A stretch of 64,000 bases of DNA from an uncultured virus (IMG/VR IMGVR_UViG_3300032323_002211) (lineage: Duplodnaviria > Heunggongvirae > Uroviricota > Caudoviricetes): the IMG/VR virus record IMGVR_UViG_3300032323_002211; one strand, given 5' to 3'. The notes beneath the pieces are model-generated. The model was not told where the DNA came from and did not search any database. It saw nothing but the letters and a program-made list of their open reading frames with translations. Made by a program: the position numbers and the translations under genes. The first letter of the stretch is position 1. Every line of letters begins with the position of its first letter. Shown here one piece after another: positions 17,600 through 30,200 of the stretch.

Positions 17600-20296
17600 A
17601 TGAAAAAGAAATTATTAATCATTTCGCCACACTATTCTACAGGTGGCAGTGGTCAGTTTAGCGTAAACAAAGTAGAACTAATAAAAAATGATTTTGAAAT
17701 AAAGGTAGTAGAGTATAGCTTTTTAGCCTATCAGTTTGTGGTGCAAAGAAATAGGATAATTGACCTTGTAGGACTTGATAACTTTTACTCTTTAAGTGGA
17801 GACAAATCAGGAATGCTTAAAAAAATCATTGAAGACTATTCTCCTGATATAATATCTATGGAGGAGTTTCCTGAAATGTTTATGGATAAAGCCATAGCCG
17901 ATTGGATATACTTGTCTGATAGGAAATACAAGATTTTTGAAACCACCCATGACAGTAGCTTTAACCCAAAGAACAAAATTTATACCCCTGACGAATTTGT
18001 CTTTGTAAGTGCTTACAATTCACTTATGTATAATCAGTTCAATATCCCTGCTACTGTTGTAGAATATCCAATAGACTACATAGAAAGAAATAAAGTAAAA
18101 GCTAGAGAGGAACTTGGTTTAGAGCATGATTACAAGCATATTGTAGTGATAGGACTTTTTACCCCTCGTAAAAATCAAAAATACTCTTTTGAATTAGCTG
18201 AAAAACTATCTGACTATAAAATTAAGTTTCATTTTATTGGCAATCAGGCTGAAAACTTTGCATTTTATTGGAAACCTTTAATGGACAAAAAACCTGAAAA
18301 TTGTATTGTTTGGGGGGAAAGGTCAGACACAGAAACCTTTTTACAAGCTGCAGACTTGTTTCTATTCACTTCTAAAGGTGATAAAGGCAATAAAGAATTA
18401 AACCCGTTGGTAATTAAAGAAGCTGCAAAATATCAAGACCTTCCAAAGCTCATGTACAATTTAGACGTATATCTAAACAAGTACAATCAGAAAACTGACT
18501 TTAATCTATTGTCAGGTGATACGTTACAAGACGTAGATAAAATAAAATCTCTTACAAGCCCTTCAAATTTCTATGGTTCAAATGAGGAACTTATCGTTTT
18601 AGGTACTTACCCAAATCTTAAAAGCAGGGTACAACTAACAAAGGACACCATTAAAAGCCTGAAAGTTACAGGCAGAGACGTATTACTTATTTCTCATTTA
18701 CCTGCTGATACTGAAACCCAAAACTTAGTTGAGCACTATATCTACGATAAGTATAACCCATTAACTCACCACTCTTACTATACAAGATTTTTTAGAAACA
18801 CAGATGACTATTACGCTGAAATAAATATCAATGGGCTTAAATACAGCAACCAATCTCTTTGTGTTTATACCAATTTGATAACTGCAGCCAAATACGCAAA
18901 GCAGATGGGTTACAAAAGATTCTTTTATACAACCTATGACGTAGTCTTACATGAGAAGGACTTGGATATTATAGAAGAGAGTTACAAGTCTGTGCAAAGT
19001 AGCAAAGGGGCTTTTTTAGGGACTTTAGACACACCATTTGGAAAAGGCATACAAACCAATGGAATGACATTTGACGTAGATTATTTTTTACAGGCTTTTG
19101 AAGATATACGCACCCCTGATAAATACAATGAACTTTGTGAGAGAGTTGGAGCACAGAACTTTTTAGAAGATTTTTTAATAAAAGTAATTACAAAAAATAA
19201 TTCAAATAATGAAGTAACGCTCATTCATAATCAGGAGCAGACCCTTTTAAAGAACAGCGGTTTAGGTGTTGCTTCTAACTCTGAATACTATTCTATTTTA
19301 CCAATTGTTCGAAAACAGAACAATTTTATGTTCTATTTCTATACATATAATGTAGATGACAGAAAGCTAAAAATTTGCATAGATAGTAAGAATTTCAATT
19401 ATATGAAAACCATTGAAATAAGTAAGACAAATGAAGCTATGCAAGAATTTGTTTACTCAGGTGAAGAGGTACTAGTAACCTTAGAGTTTTATGATGGTGA
19501 ACAGATTTACAAAAAGGAGCACTACAAGATAAATCAAGAGACGTTAGCAAAATATAGCAATACAGGACATTTTAAGTGGAACAAAAGACCAAAAATAAAA
19601 TTAGTACACCTTCAAACTACTAGAAACGATGAAAAAGAACAAAAAAGCAGAGAGCAACTCCAAAAAGTTAGAGAGTATGGGTGGGAATATATCTTGCACA
19701 CCAATACACCATACACAGACTTGCCACCTAAACACAACTGCCAAAGACCCGATTGTGTTTCATACGAACTCTTCGATGAACCAACTATTCAGCGTATCGG
19801 AACTGCACTTTGCCCCTCGCATTTTGGTTGTTACTTAGCTTTCAAAGAAGCTATTTTAACTGAATTTGAAGATTGTGACTATTTAATGGTTTGTGAAGGT
19901 GATTGCAAAATAGAAATACCAATAGAAGATTTTATCAAAACAGTAGAATCAACTTGTCCGACTATCACTGATAACAACGTAGGCTATATGTCTTATGGTG
20001 ACAAAGCTACGCTTGAACATGGGTGGCTGCAATCCCCTGTGGTTAGAGAAATACCTAATCAAGACTTAATTTACATTACAAATCACATTATAGGGCTTCA
20101 GTGTATAATGTTCCCAATTGAGATAAAAAAATGGCTGAAAGAAAAATTAAGAACACATTCATGGGACGCTTCTGATATGTTCTACAATTCGGTATTCGTT
20201 AATTCGCCTTATAATATGGCAATACTCCATAAAAGAATAACCTCACAATTTGATGGATATTCAACTATTGACAGAACTAATAAAACATTTTTATGA
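17600..20296 (+). CDS. Multidomain glycosyltransferase (GT4-like N-terminus plus further domains)
   Basis: STGG, GLFTPRKNQ, AADLFLFTS...ELNPLVIKEA; C-terminal HFGCYLAF...CEGD (GT25-like). Confidence 0.75.
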   Translation: MKKKLLIISPHYSTGGSGQFSVNKVELIKNDFEIKVVEYSFLAYQFVVQRNRIIDLVGLDNFYSLSGDKSGMLKKIIEDYSPDIISMEEFPEMFMDKAIADWIYLSDRKYKIFETTHDSSFNPKNKIYTPDEFVFVSAYNSLMYNQFNIPATVVEYPIDYIERNKVKAREELGLEHDYKHIVVIGLFTPRKNQKYSFELAEKLSDYKIKFHFIGNQAENFAFYWKPLMDKKPENCIVWGERSDTETFLQAADLFLFTSKGDKGNKELNPLVIKEAAKYQDLPKLMYNLDVYLNKYNQKTDFNLLSGDTLQDVDKIKSLTSPSNFYGSNEELIVLGTYPNLKSRVQLTKDTIKSLKVTGRDVLLISHLPADTETQNLVEHYIYDKYNPLTHHSYYTRFFRNTDDYYAEININGLKYSNQSLCVYTNLITAAKYAKQMGYKRFFYTTYDVVLHEKDLDIIEESYKSVQSSKGAFLGTLDTPFGKGIQTNGMTFDVDYFLQAFEDIRTPDKYNELCERVGAQNFLEDFLIKVITKNNSNNEVTLIHNQEQTLLKNSGLGVASNSEYYSILPIVRKQNNFMFYFYTYNVDDRKLKICIDSKNFNYMKTIEISKTNEAMQEFVYSGEEVLVTLEFYDGEQIYKKEHYKINQETLAKYSNTGHFKWNKRPKIKLVHLQTTRNDEKEQKSREQLQKVREYGWEYILHTNTPYTDLPPKHNCQRPDCVSYELFDEPTIQRIGTALCPSHFGCYLAFKEAILTEFEDCDYLMVCEGDCKIEIPIEDFIKTVESTCPTITDNNVGYMSYGDKATLEHGWLQSPVVREIPNQDLIYITNHIIGLQCIMFPIEIKKWLKEKLRTHSWDASDMFYNSVFVNSPYNMAILHKRITSQFDGYSTIDRTNKTFL

Positions 20297-21315
20297 AAGT
20301 AATTCAAGTGATTTCAGGTCATCTACCAATAGAAAACACAGGCAACAGGAGGTGGGGAGCTGTAGAGCTTATTCAATCTGAATATCAGAATGGTTTAAGG
20401 AATTTAGGTGTAGAATGTGAAATTAAATGGCTCAATGAAGTGCCTACTGATGAGAATGTTATACCGCATATTCATGTTGCAAATCTTTGTATTGAAGCTC
20501 AAAAAATGGGTATTCCTTATATCTATTCTAACCATGACCATACTTCAGTGCACTATGGCAAAGGTAGTTGGCTTTATAATCAACAGCTAGAAGCTATTAA
20601 AGGTTCTGTTTTTTCAATCTGCCATGCTGAATCAGTTATGGACTTTTTTGATTCTACAGATAAGCTATTTTATTTGCCTCATGGAGTAGATACTAAATAC
20701 TATATCCCAAATAAATACCCTGTAACTGAAAAGAAGTTACTGATGGTTGCTGCAAATGGGATGGCAGGTGACTATAACTTGGATAGGAAAGGTTTTAGAT
20801 TAGGTATTGAGGCTGCAAGAAAACTAGATTTACCAATTACGATTGTAGGTACAGAGGCTAATGCTAAATTCTTTGAATTGAATAGTGACTTATTAGAATA
20901 CGGTAAACTAACTGTAGATGCCACTAACCCAACGGAAGACAGAAAGCTACAATACTTTCATGAGCACAGCGTTTTTCTGCACCCATCTTATCTTGAATTT
21001 GGTAGCCCAAATATTACCCTTTTAGAATCATGGGCTTGTGGTTTACCGATTGTGGGCTCTTATGATGGTAGTAGACATATTGAAGGTTTGCAGATTTTAA
21101 AAGCACTCAATGTAGATGAGATATGTTCAAAAATTGAGTATGTGTACGATAACTATGAAACTATCAGAAATAAAATGCTAGTAAACAAAGAGCTGCACGA
21201 TTGGTCTACCATAGTTGGCTATTTAAAAAAGATGTATGAAGCCTTTGAATTTATTGGTATTCAAGATACAAGTGAGGAAGTTAAAACAAAGTACTTAAAC
21301 ATATACAACAAATAA
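20293..21315 (+). CDS. GT4 glycosyltransferase
   Basis: WGAVE, PHGVDT, RKGF, HPSYLEFGSPNITLLESWACGLPIV. Confidence 0.8.
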   Translation: MKVIQVISGHLPIENTGNRRWGAVELIQSEYQNGLRNLGVECEIKWLNEVPTDENVIPHIHVANLCIEAQKMGIPYIYSNHDHTSVHYGKGSWLYNQQLEAIKGSVFSICHAESVMDFFDSTDKLFYLPHGVDTKYYIPNKYPVTEKKLLMVAANGMAGDYNLDRKGFRLGIEAARKLDLPITIVGTEANAKFFELNSDLLEYGKLTVDATNPTEDRKLQYFHEHSVFLHPSYLEFGSPNITLLESWACGLPIVGSYDGSRHIEGLQILKALNVDEICSKIEYVYDNYETIRNKMLVNKELHDWSTIVGYLKKMYEAFEFIGIQDTSEEVKTKYLNIYNK

Positions 21316-21316
21316 A

Positions 21317-22390
21317 ATGATTAAATACAACCTGCACCATGTAAATGGTCTTTTCTTTGAGATTAAAAGTGACGGAGGCAAAAACCTTAACTATAATGTT
21401 ACGTTCACTGACAACAGCTCTAATAAGGTAATTTATGAAACTTCCTTAAAGCCAAATATGTGGTCTAGGCTAGATAAAAGGTATTTGACTGATGTAACTA
21501 TAGAAGTAAAGTATAACAACAGAACAATAGAGAAAGTAAATATACTAGAGCATTTTAAGGGCAAAAAGGTATTTATATGCTTTGAGAGTAAGAGCTTAGG
21601 TGATACTTTGGCTTGGATTCCTTACTGTGAGGAGTTTAGAATAAAGTACAAGTGTGAGGTGATTGTTTCTACTTTTATGAACTCTTTATTTGAAAAATCA
21701 TACCCTGAATTAAAGTTTGTTGGTAGAGGTGTAGTGGTGGAAAATATTGCAGGTATGTTTGAGTTAGGTTGGTTTTACGATAAGAACAAAGAGCCTCAGC
21801 ATCCTGTGACTATTCCTTTACAACAAGCTGCCACTAATATTTTAAGATTAGAATACAAAGAGATAATACCCAAATTAGACTTTACTCCAAAAGAAAGACC
21901 TATTGAGCAGAAATATGTTTGTATTTCAACACACAGCACAGCTCAGTTAAAATATTGGGACTATTGGCAGGAGCTAGTTGATTGGCTAGTATCTGAAGGG
22001 TATAAGGTAGTAGAAGTATCAAAAGAAGTATCAGAGCTAAATAATCTAACAGAAGTTTTAGATAAAAGTATACCCTCTGTTATGAACTATTTGCACCACG
22101 CTGAATTTTACATTGGACTTAGCTCAGGAATTTCATGGCTTTCTTTTGCTATGAGAAAGAAGGTATTTATGATTGCTAATTTTAGCACCAAAGACCATGA
22201 GTTTCAAACGGATTGTATAAGAATAACAGATGAATCAGTTTGTCATGGCTGTTGGAATAACCCTGCCTACAGATTTAACAAGGGTGATTTTTTTTGGTGT
22301 CCAAATCATGAAGACACCCCACAGGCTTTTGAGTGCCATAAATCTATTAGTGCTCAAAGGGTAATTGATGAAATAAAAAAAGCGGGTTAA
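21317..22390 (+). CDS. Aah/TibC-like protein O-heptosyltransferase
   Basis: SLGDTLAW, STAQLKYW, FYIGLSSGISW, VCHGCWN...WCP.H...FEC (Cys motif typical of this family). Confidence 0.78.
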   Translation: MIKYNLHHVNGLFFEIKSDGGKNLNYNVTFTDNSSNKVIYETSLKPNMWSRLDKRYLTDVTIEVKYNNRTIEKVNILEHFKGKKVFICFESKSLGDTLAWIPYCEEFRIKYKCEVIVSTFMNSLFEKSYPELKFVGRGVVVENIAGMFELGWFYDKNKEPQHPVTIPLQQAATNILRLEYKEIIPKLDFTPKERPIEQKYVCISTHSTAQLKYWDYWQELVDWLVSEGYKVVEVSKEVSELNNLTEVLDKSIPSVMNYLHHAEFYIGLSSGISWLSFAMRKKVFMIANFSTKDHEFQTDCIRITDESVCHGCWNNPAYRFNKGDFFWCPNHEDTPQAFECHKSISAQRVIDEIKKAG

Positions 22391-22404
22391 ATACCCGCCT
22401 TCTC
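22375..22404. terminator. Putative bidirectional terminator at convergent gene ends
   Basis: A-run, then GCGGGT-TAAAT-ACCCGC, overlapping the stops of two convergent genes. Confidence 0.5.
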
Positions 22405-23280
22405 TTGTTTCTTTATAGATTCTATTATTTCGTCTGCATTAAAGATTTCCTCTTCATTATTGTAAGGGAACTCCTCAAGTAGTCCTATTATATTGAATTT
22501 GCTAAATACTGATGCTTTTAAATCAGGCTTTACAGTAAATGGAGCTGCTAAGATGTTATCATGAAGCTCATAACCAAATACCTTTGGGGTGTTAGCTATC
22601 CAACAAACAGTAGATTTTTTATTAAGTGCAGCAGCAGTATGTTGTAAGAAGCTGTCCATAAATAACCTTTTCTCACTCATTTCACAAAGTACTGCCATGC
22701 CTTTAAAGTTGTCAGTAACAGAGAAAGTGCCTTCAAAACCAACTTGGTCTTCTCTTCTAGCATGAATGATATTGTATTCATTTGCAAAAGCACGAATAAC
22801 TTTATCTATAATATGTCTTGGAATATCTCTAGCCCAAGAATATTTTAGCTCTTGACCTGCAGCACCACCATTGGTTTGAATAAGCATGATAGGTTTGTCA
22901 GAGTAGTATTTCTGCTTAAAAAAGGTTCTTTCTCTTTCATTTATGATTACTTCAGGCTGTTCTCCGTCATAAGGCACATCAAACATTTTGCACCAAGTTT
23001 CAATCAAATGTTCTTTGCAAAGGATGTGCTCAGTAACATTGTATGGCTCATTTGCCATTATGATAACGTCCTGATTTTCGATATACTTAGAATAGAAATA
23101 GGCTTCTTGACCAAAGCCAAAAGCCATATCTACATCTTTACTATTAGAAAATACTTCAGGATAACCTGTAAGTACAATTAATTTGTCAGATGGGTATTTT
23201 TTCTTAATTGCTTTACAAACAGCAGTGGCAGTGATTGATTTACCGATTCCACCTGAGATGGAAAAAATGATGTTTTTCAT
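22387..23280 (-). CDS. GT9-like glycosyltransferase
   Basis: GGIGKSI, YSWARD, FMDSFLQHTAAAL. Confidence 0.7.
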   Translation of the reverse strand: MKNIIFSISGGIGKSITATAVCKAIKKKYPSDKLIVLTGYPEVFSNSKDVDMAFGFGQEAYFYSKYIENQDVIIMANEPYNVTEHILCKEHLIETWCKMFDVPYDGEQPEVIINERERTFFKQKYYSDKPIMLIQTNGGAAGQELKYSWARDIPRHIIDKVIRAFANEYNIIHARREDQVGFEGTFSVTDNFKGMAVLCEMSEKRLFMDSFLQHTAAALNKKSTVCWIANTPKVFGYELHDNILAAPFTVKPDLKASVFSKFNIIGLLEEFPYNNEEEIFNADEIIESIKKQEKAGI

Positions 23281-23303
23281 GATTATTTTTTAATTATTAA
23301 GGT

Positions 23304-23699
23304 TTAAGCCTTTGTTGTAGTACTTGTAGTAGAACTCGTTGTAGGAGCTGCTGTTGTTGTACTAGTAGTTGTAGATGTTGTAGTAGGCTCAACATACGCA
23401 AGAACTGCTTGAGCAAGGTCATCTAACAATTGTTGGTCTAAGTCTGCAGCTTGAACTCTAAAAGACTGAGCATTTGGTTCATTAGGAAGCCAATCTGAGA
23501 ATAGCTCATAGAAGTTATTGATTGCATGGTATGTTTTATTACCTGTATATCCTTCAGGTCTTTTACTCCATACGCTGTCTACTACTAAATCTGCTAAATC
23601 TTTTACAGCAGAATAAGGTGCTTGTACATTTTGGGTATCAGAAATAGCTTGAACTGTTCCAAAACCGAAGATGTGTAGTGTGTTCCAAGGGTTTGCCAT
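23304..23699 (-). CDS. Putative virion protein with Thr-rich tail
   Basis: C-terminal PTTTSTTTSTTTAAPTTSS. Confidence 0.65.
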   Translation of the reverse strand: MANPWNTLHIFGFGTVQAISDTQNVQAPYSAVKDLADLVVDSVWSKRPEGYTGNKTYHAINNFYELFSDWLPNEPNAQSFRVQAADLDQQLLDDLAQAVLAYVEPTTTSTTTSTTTAAPTTSSTTSTTTKA

Positions 23700-23745
23700 T
23701 GTTTTTATTTTTATGATTGTAAATTTAGTATTTTTTTATTGATTA

Positions 23746-24234
23746 TTAACAAGGGAATGTACTAATAATATTACCGCTATTATCTACTTGATAGCTGTCT
23801 GAACCTGCTCCTTGCGAATACCAAAGGTTTCCACCCGCAACAGGAGTTGTTCCACAGCCACCTGACACATAAAGTATTGTAGGGGCTAAAGCGTTATCAG
23901 TATCAAATAATGTTAAAGTATTAAAATGGTCGCATGGGTTTACATTGTTAGGATATAGGAAAATTTGCTGACAAGACGCTGTTGTAGTTGTTGTTGTTGT
24001 ACTTGTAGTTGGTGGGGGTTGTAAGTTCTCTTTTACGACTAATTGATTTGAAGCCTTTGCTGCATAAGAAGGATAGGAAGTATTTATAAATACATAAAAA
24101 TCAGCGTCAGCTTTTGTAATCTGTTCTAAACTTACAGGAATTGTGTTTTTTAATACAAACACCCCTGTAGTCACAGCATTTTGCAGATTGTTAAAAGAAA
24201 TGGTTTGATTACTTGCTATACCTGCCCAACTCAT
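23746..24234 (-). CDS. Putative virion protein with Thr linker
   Basis: PPPTTSTTTTTTT linker; C-terminal domain ending PC, like 10757-11797. Confidence 0.65.
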   Translation of the reverse strand: MSWAGIASNQTISFNNLQNAVTTGVFVLKNTIPVSLEQITKADADFYVFINTSYPSYAAKASNQLVVKENLQPPPTTSTTTTTTTASCQQIFLYPNNVNPCDHFNTLTLFDTDNALAPTILYVSGGCGTTPVAGGNLWYSQGAGSDSYQVDNSGNIISTFPC

Positions 24235-27200
24235 TACGCTTCGTATTTTTTAAGTTTGTCTTCTAATTTAGCTATTCTTTCCTCTAAAGTCATCATTTTA
24301 TAGATATGCACCTGATGGTAGTCTACGTTCAATTTACCTTTTTCGTCTGTTCTTACAGAATCAGGGAGTATCTCTTGTACGTTTTGTGCAGAATATCCAA
24401 TATTGATTCTACTACTATCTCCTTCTTTCCATTTAAAATAAATAGGATTAATATTATCAAATGAGTTTACTCTACAATGAATATCCTTAAGTCTTTCATC
24501 AGAAGATTCAAAGTATGCTTGTGCCCACATACAATTGATAGCACAGAAGTTGTTCCAATAGAAAGTTTGAGTACAAGCACCTGTAAAACAAACACCACCA
24601 CCACCTGAATAATTACCTGATATTGTTACTGCTTTACCACCAAGAACTGAAGAATATTGTCCTGAAGCAGTATTTAAACCACCCCCACCTACATATCCTC
24701 TGTTCCCACTTGCTGTGTTATTATATCCTCCTGAAACTGTATTTATAGAGAAATTGGCTACGTTACCAAACCCACCTGCAACAGTTGCCCATGAACCTGA
24801 AGCAACATTACCTCTACCTCCTGCCACTGTCGTTTCACAACCTGAAGCAGTGTTGTTATATCCACCCGAAGCAGTTGAACGAATACCTGAAGCAGTGTTT
24901 CCATTACCTCCTCCAACAGAAGACCAACCACCTGAAGCTATATTATTAGCTCCACCTCCTATTGTAGAACAAGCTCCTGAAGCAGCATTTAAAACACCAC
25001 CTCCCACAAAAGAAAGTGTTGCACTTGCAGTGTTACTACTACCTGCTACTATTGTTGCATAGTAATTACCTGATGCTGTATTTGCTTCTCCACCACCTAC
25101 AAATCCAAAAGATGCACCACAAGCCTTATTATTAACACCACCTCCAACGAAACCTGCCGCTGCTGTTGCTCTATTACACCAACCACCTACAATAGCAGAA
25201 TGTTGTCCTGATGCAACGTTACCACACGCACCAATTGCTCCACCACCTCCAATGAACGAACAGTTCCCTGACGCACAGTTGCAATATCCCCCTGCTATAG
25301 CTGCATAACAACCCATAGCTTTATTGCCATCACCACCACCTACATGACCTACAAACCCTGTACAGTTATAATATCCACCTGCAATTGCTCCATAACCTTC
25401 AATAGCACAATTACCTACACCTCCTGATACAGTAGTATAACAGGCTTGAGCTTGATTTGATATTCCACCACCTATCGTTGAACAGTTACCTGATGCTGTG
25501 TTTGAACGTCCACCTGCAACAATTGCAACAGCCCCTGAAGCTAAGTTATATAAACCGCTTAATGTTGCTGATTCAGTACCACAAGCACAATTGGCTATAC
25601 CTCCACCAACTACTGTATTATTACCAAAAGCAAGGTTGCTCAATCCACCTCCAACAAATCCTCTACAAGCTGTTGCAGAGTTTCCATTACCTCCTACTAC
25701 AACTGTATGACCACCTGATGCAACATTTGATTGTCCACCACCAATAAATGCTCTATATGCTGATATTGTATTATAAATACCTGATGTAATACCTGCTTGT
25801 GCAGCACCTGTATTTATAGTATTTTGATAACCACCTGAAATAGTTGAATCAGATGAAAGAATATTGTGCTTAAATCCTGAAAATATACCTGACGCACTTC
25901 CACCTCCAACTCTATTACATCCTCCACCTCCAATAACACTAAGCCCATCTAAAGCACAGTTTAGATTTCCACCCAATACGCTTGAGTAATATGCAGTGGC
26001 ACAGTTTGCTCTACCACCACCTACAAATGAACAAGCTCCTGATGCTGTGTTTCCAACTCCACCTGCTACTGTTGAAGTATCGCCTGATGAAATATTTCCT
26101 GAACCACCACCTAAGAAAGAGCTACCACCCGAAGCTGTGTTCCCTGCACCACCACTTAATGTACTGTAACCTCCTGTTGCACTATTTGAATATCCACCAC
26201 TTAAAGTGCTTCTTAGATTTGATGATGTATTACATTGACCACCACCAACAAAAGATATATATCCACTTGATGTATTTTGTTTACCTCCTGCTATTGTTGA
26301 AATATATCCTCCTGTAGCAACATTACATAAACCACCACCTATAGTTGATAAATCACTACCTGCTCTGTTCTGAAATCCACCGCCTATTGTAGAGTATTGA
26401 CCTGCTGCAAAGAATGTTGTAGGTGAAACACAAAAATATCCTAAAGTTGTAAGATAACAACCTCCACTTGTATTGTTACCAATTCCCCCTGCAATAGTAG
26501 CACCTGCTGAACAAGATAATGCTGTAGCACAACATATCATGTTACATACACCACCGCCAACAAATGAGTTGTTACCTTGCGTACAGTTTTTATACCCTCC
26601 TGAAACAGTGGAATAACATCCTGAAGCTGTGTTAGCGTAACCTCCACCTATAACAGCTCTTGGTGCACAAGCTCTATTTATATCTCCTCCACCAATAAAT
26701 GAGAGGCATGAATTAATTAAGTTATTACATCCACCGCCTATAAATGATTGAACTCCTGATATTGTATTATTACCACCACCTGCTATTGTAGAACAATTAC
26801 CTGAAGTACAGTTTACAATACCTCCTACTACAACTGAATGTGTTCCTGAAGCAGTATTACTTTGACCTCCTACAACTCCTGAACGATAACCTGATGCAGT
26901 GTTAGAAACTCCTCCTGCAACAGCAGAGCCTTCTCCTGAAGCTAAATTGCAAAATCCTCCACTAACTGTACCCCTATATCCACTTGTTGTATTGCAATAG
27001 CCTCCACCAACAAAAGCCATGCTATTTGTAACACGATTACATTGACCTCCTGCAATAGCAGGGCTATTAAAACCTGTAGTTACGTTACAAAATCCTCCTC
27101 CAATAAAATTATAATATGAACCTGATGCTGTATGGTAATTACCTGCTACAACAGAAGCACCATATCCTGACGCTGTATTATTTCTTCCTCCACCAACAAA

Positions 27201-30200
27201 TGTCCTTGTTCCTGATGCTGTATTGGCAAAACCACCACTTACTGTAGAATGTACTCCACTTGCAACACCTGTATCACCACCTGCTATAGCAGAATGACCA
27301 TTGTTTGCAATATTACCACTACCACCACCAACAAATGAGCAATTACCTGATGCTGTGTTAGAAATGCCTCCTCCTACAACTGTATGACCACCTGATGCAA
27401 CGTTCCCTTGCCCTCCTCCAATAGATGAACCACTGTTACAAGCTGTATTACTATCACCACCACTTATTGTAGAACAAGCACCTGATGCAGTGCTTAGTTG
27501 CCCTCCTGATACTGTAGACCTATTTCCTGATGCAGTGTTATTTTGACCACCTGCTACTGTTGATAATGTTGCAGTTGCTCCATTTGACAAACCTCCTCCT
27601 ATTGAAGAATACCCACCTGATGATGTGTTAGCAAGACCACCACTCACTGCTGAATATACTCCTGAAGCTAAACTATTTTGACCACCTGAAACTGTTGATG
27701 CACAAGCTGAGGCTGTGTTTCCTTGACCTCCTCCAACAGTAGTGTGTCTTGCTGTAGCACGATTATCTCTACCTCCACCAATGAAAGCATGATAACCACC
27801 ACTGCAAGTACAGTTTGTTACACCCCCACCAATTATTGCAGCATCACCATTATTGACATTACCAAGACCACCACCTATTGCAGCATTTACACCACCTGCT
27901 GTGTTTCCACAACCGCCACCAACAAATGTATAATATTGTGTTGCTGTATTGCTTTGACCTCCACCAATAATTGCACAGTTACCTGAAACAATATTTGAAA
28001 GACCACCTGAAATTGTAGACCTTACTCCTGAAACTACGTTTGTTTCACCACCTCCAATAAATGAACGTAAACCACTATTAGCATTACCAACACCTCCTGT
28101 AACAATAGCATCATAACTTGATGCAGTATTTGTACTACCACCACCTATAAAAGCTCCTGCACAAGTGGCAAGTTGCGATGCACCCCCTACTATTGAAATG
28201 TTTACAGTGTTTCCTGTTCCACAAATAGTATTTGAAGTACCCCCACCAATAAATGAGGTTGTAGCTAACGCTCTGTTGGTATTTCCACCTGCAATTGTTG
28301 CCCATGCACCTGAAGAAATATTACAAGCACCACCTACTCCACCACCACCACCAATAAATGAGCAGTTTCCTGATGCACAGTTACAATATCCACCACCAAT
28401 AGCTGAATAGCAACCCATAGCCTTATTACCATCACCACCGCCTACAGCAGCTACAAACCCTGTACAGTTAAAATATCCTCCACCAATTGCTCCATAAGAA
28501 GCTGTTGCACAGTTTCCAACACCACCAACTACACTTGCATAATAATTACCACTTGCTGAGTTAGAAAGACCTGCACCTACAAAGTTCCAACAACCTGATG
28601 CAGTATTATTGCTACCACCACCTACAAAAGAACAAGCTCCTGAAGCTGTATTTGAGCATCCTCCACCAACAAAAGAACGAGCACCTGAAGCAGCATTACC
28701 TATACCATTTCCTACAAAAGAATATTCTCCTGAAGCAACATTATTTACACCTGTTCCTATAAAAGATACGTTACCATTTGCTGTATTTGCACCACCATTA
28801 CCTATGAAAGCATAATAAGTACCACTTGCTGTGTTATTATTACCTCCAACAACTATATTATAAGCAGTTCCACCAATTGTATTGCTTAAACCTGCAAGAT
28901 TACCCGTATATGTTCCTGTTGCACTATTACTCACACCACAACGAACAGAAGAACAACCCCCTGCTCCTAAAACGATTACAGCACCAACACCTGAAGAACC
29001 ACTAGAACCACTTGAACCATTCGTTCCTGAGCTGCCACTAGTCCCTGAGCTTCCTGATGAGCCTGAACTTGCACTCGTACCTGAACTTCCTGATGAGCCA
29101 CTTGACCCTGAAGTACCTGACGAACCTGAAGTTCCTGAACTTGCACTCGTACCTGACGAGCCACTAGTCCCTGAATTTCCACTAGTGCCTGAGCTACCTG
29201 ATGAGCCTGAGCTACCTGATGACCCTGAAGTTGCACTCGTTCCACTGCTGCCACTAGTTCCTGACGAACCACTTGAGCCACTAGTTCCTGACGAACCATT
29301 TACCCCTGAAGTGCCTGATGAACCACTAGAGCCTGAAGTTGCAGACGTGCCTGAGCTCCCACTAGTGCCTGACGTTCCATTTTCACCTGCAGTGCCTGAG
29401 CTTCCACTTGACCCACTAGAGCCTGAAGTAGCTGACGTACCTGAGCTACCATTTGCCCCTGAAGTGCCTGACGAACCATTTGTTCCTGACGAACCTGACG
29501 AGCCATCAGTTCCTGACGAGCCACTCGTTGCAGAAGTACCTGCACTACCTGAAGTAGCAGAAGTTCCTGACGAGCCATCCGTTCCACTGCTGCCATTCGT
29601 TCCTGAAGTGCCTGAGCTACCTGAAGTTGCTGACGTACCACTTGAAGCTGACGTACCACTTGAAGCACTCGTGCCTGAGCTACCATTCGTACCACTAGTG
29701 CCATTCGCCCCTGACGTACCTGACGTACCACTTGGAGGGTTAAATGTCGTTTGAGCGTATGAGTAGTTACTCGTACCCTCTGTATAAAAAGTCAAAGTCT
29801 TGTTAGCACCACCATCGTGTTCTGCATAAATTTGACAATAAAGCCTATCTGTTGCGTTTAAAGCGGTTTGACCTAAAAATAAATCTGTAAAAAATTCTTT
29901 AATAACACCCGTTGCCATAGACTCAGTGTCTAGGTTTGTAGTGCCTAAAAGAGTTGAAACACCGCCCGTTGTGTAACTATAAAGTTCTATGTCTATAGCT
30001 ACAATTGCATTTGTATCAATAGAAAAGTGTGTTACCCAAGCCCAATTACCTGCAGGAATACTTGTAAAGTTTGGAACACCTGAATCCGTTGCATAAGTAG
30101 CAATTAGAGTTCTTACATTTTGATTAAAAGTAGTGACAACTGTAGTTTCCCCTGTTGTTGTACCAATAGGAGACCATTGTTTATATGTAGGACTTCCAAA

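Noticed and set aside
24234..24600. Diversity-generating retroelement targeting the fibre
   Set aside because: No reverse transcriptase and no template/variable repeat pair seen; the C-terminus is an S74 chaperone.
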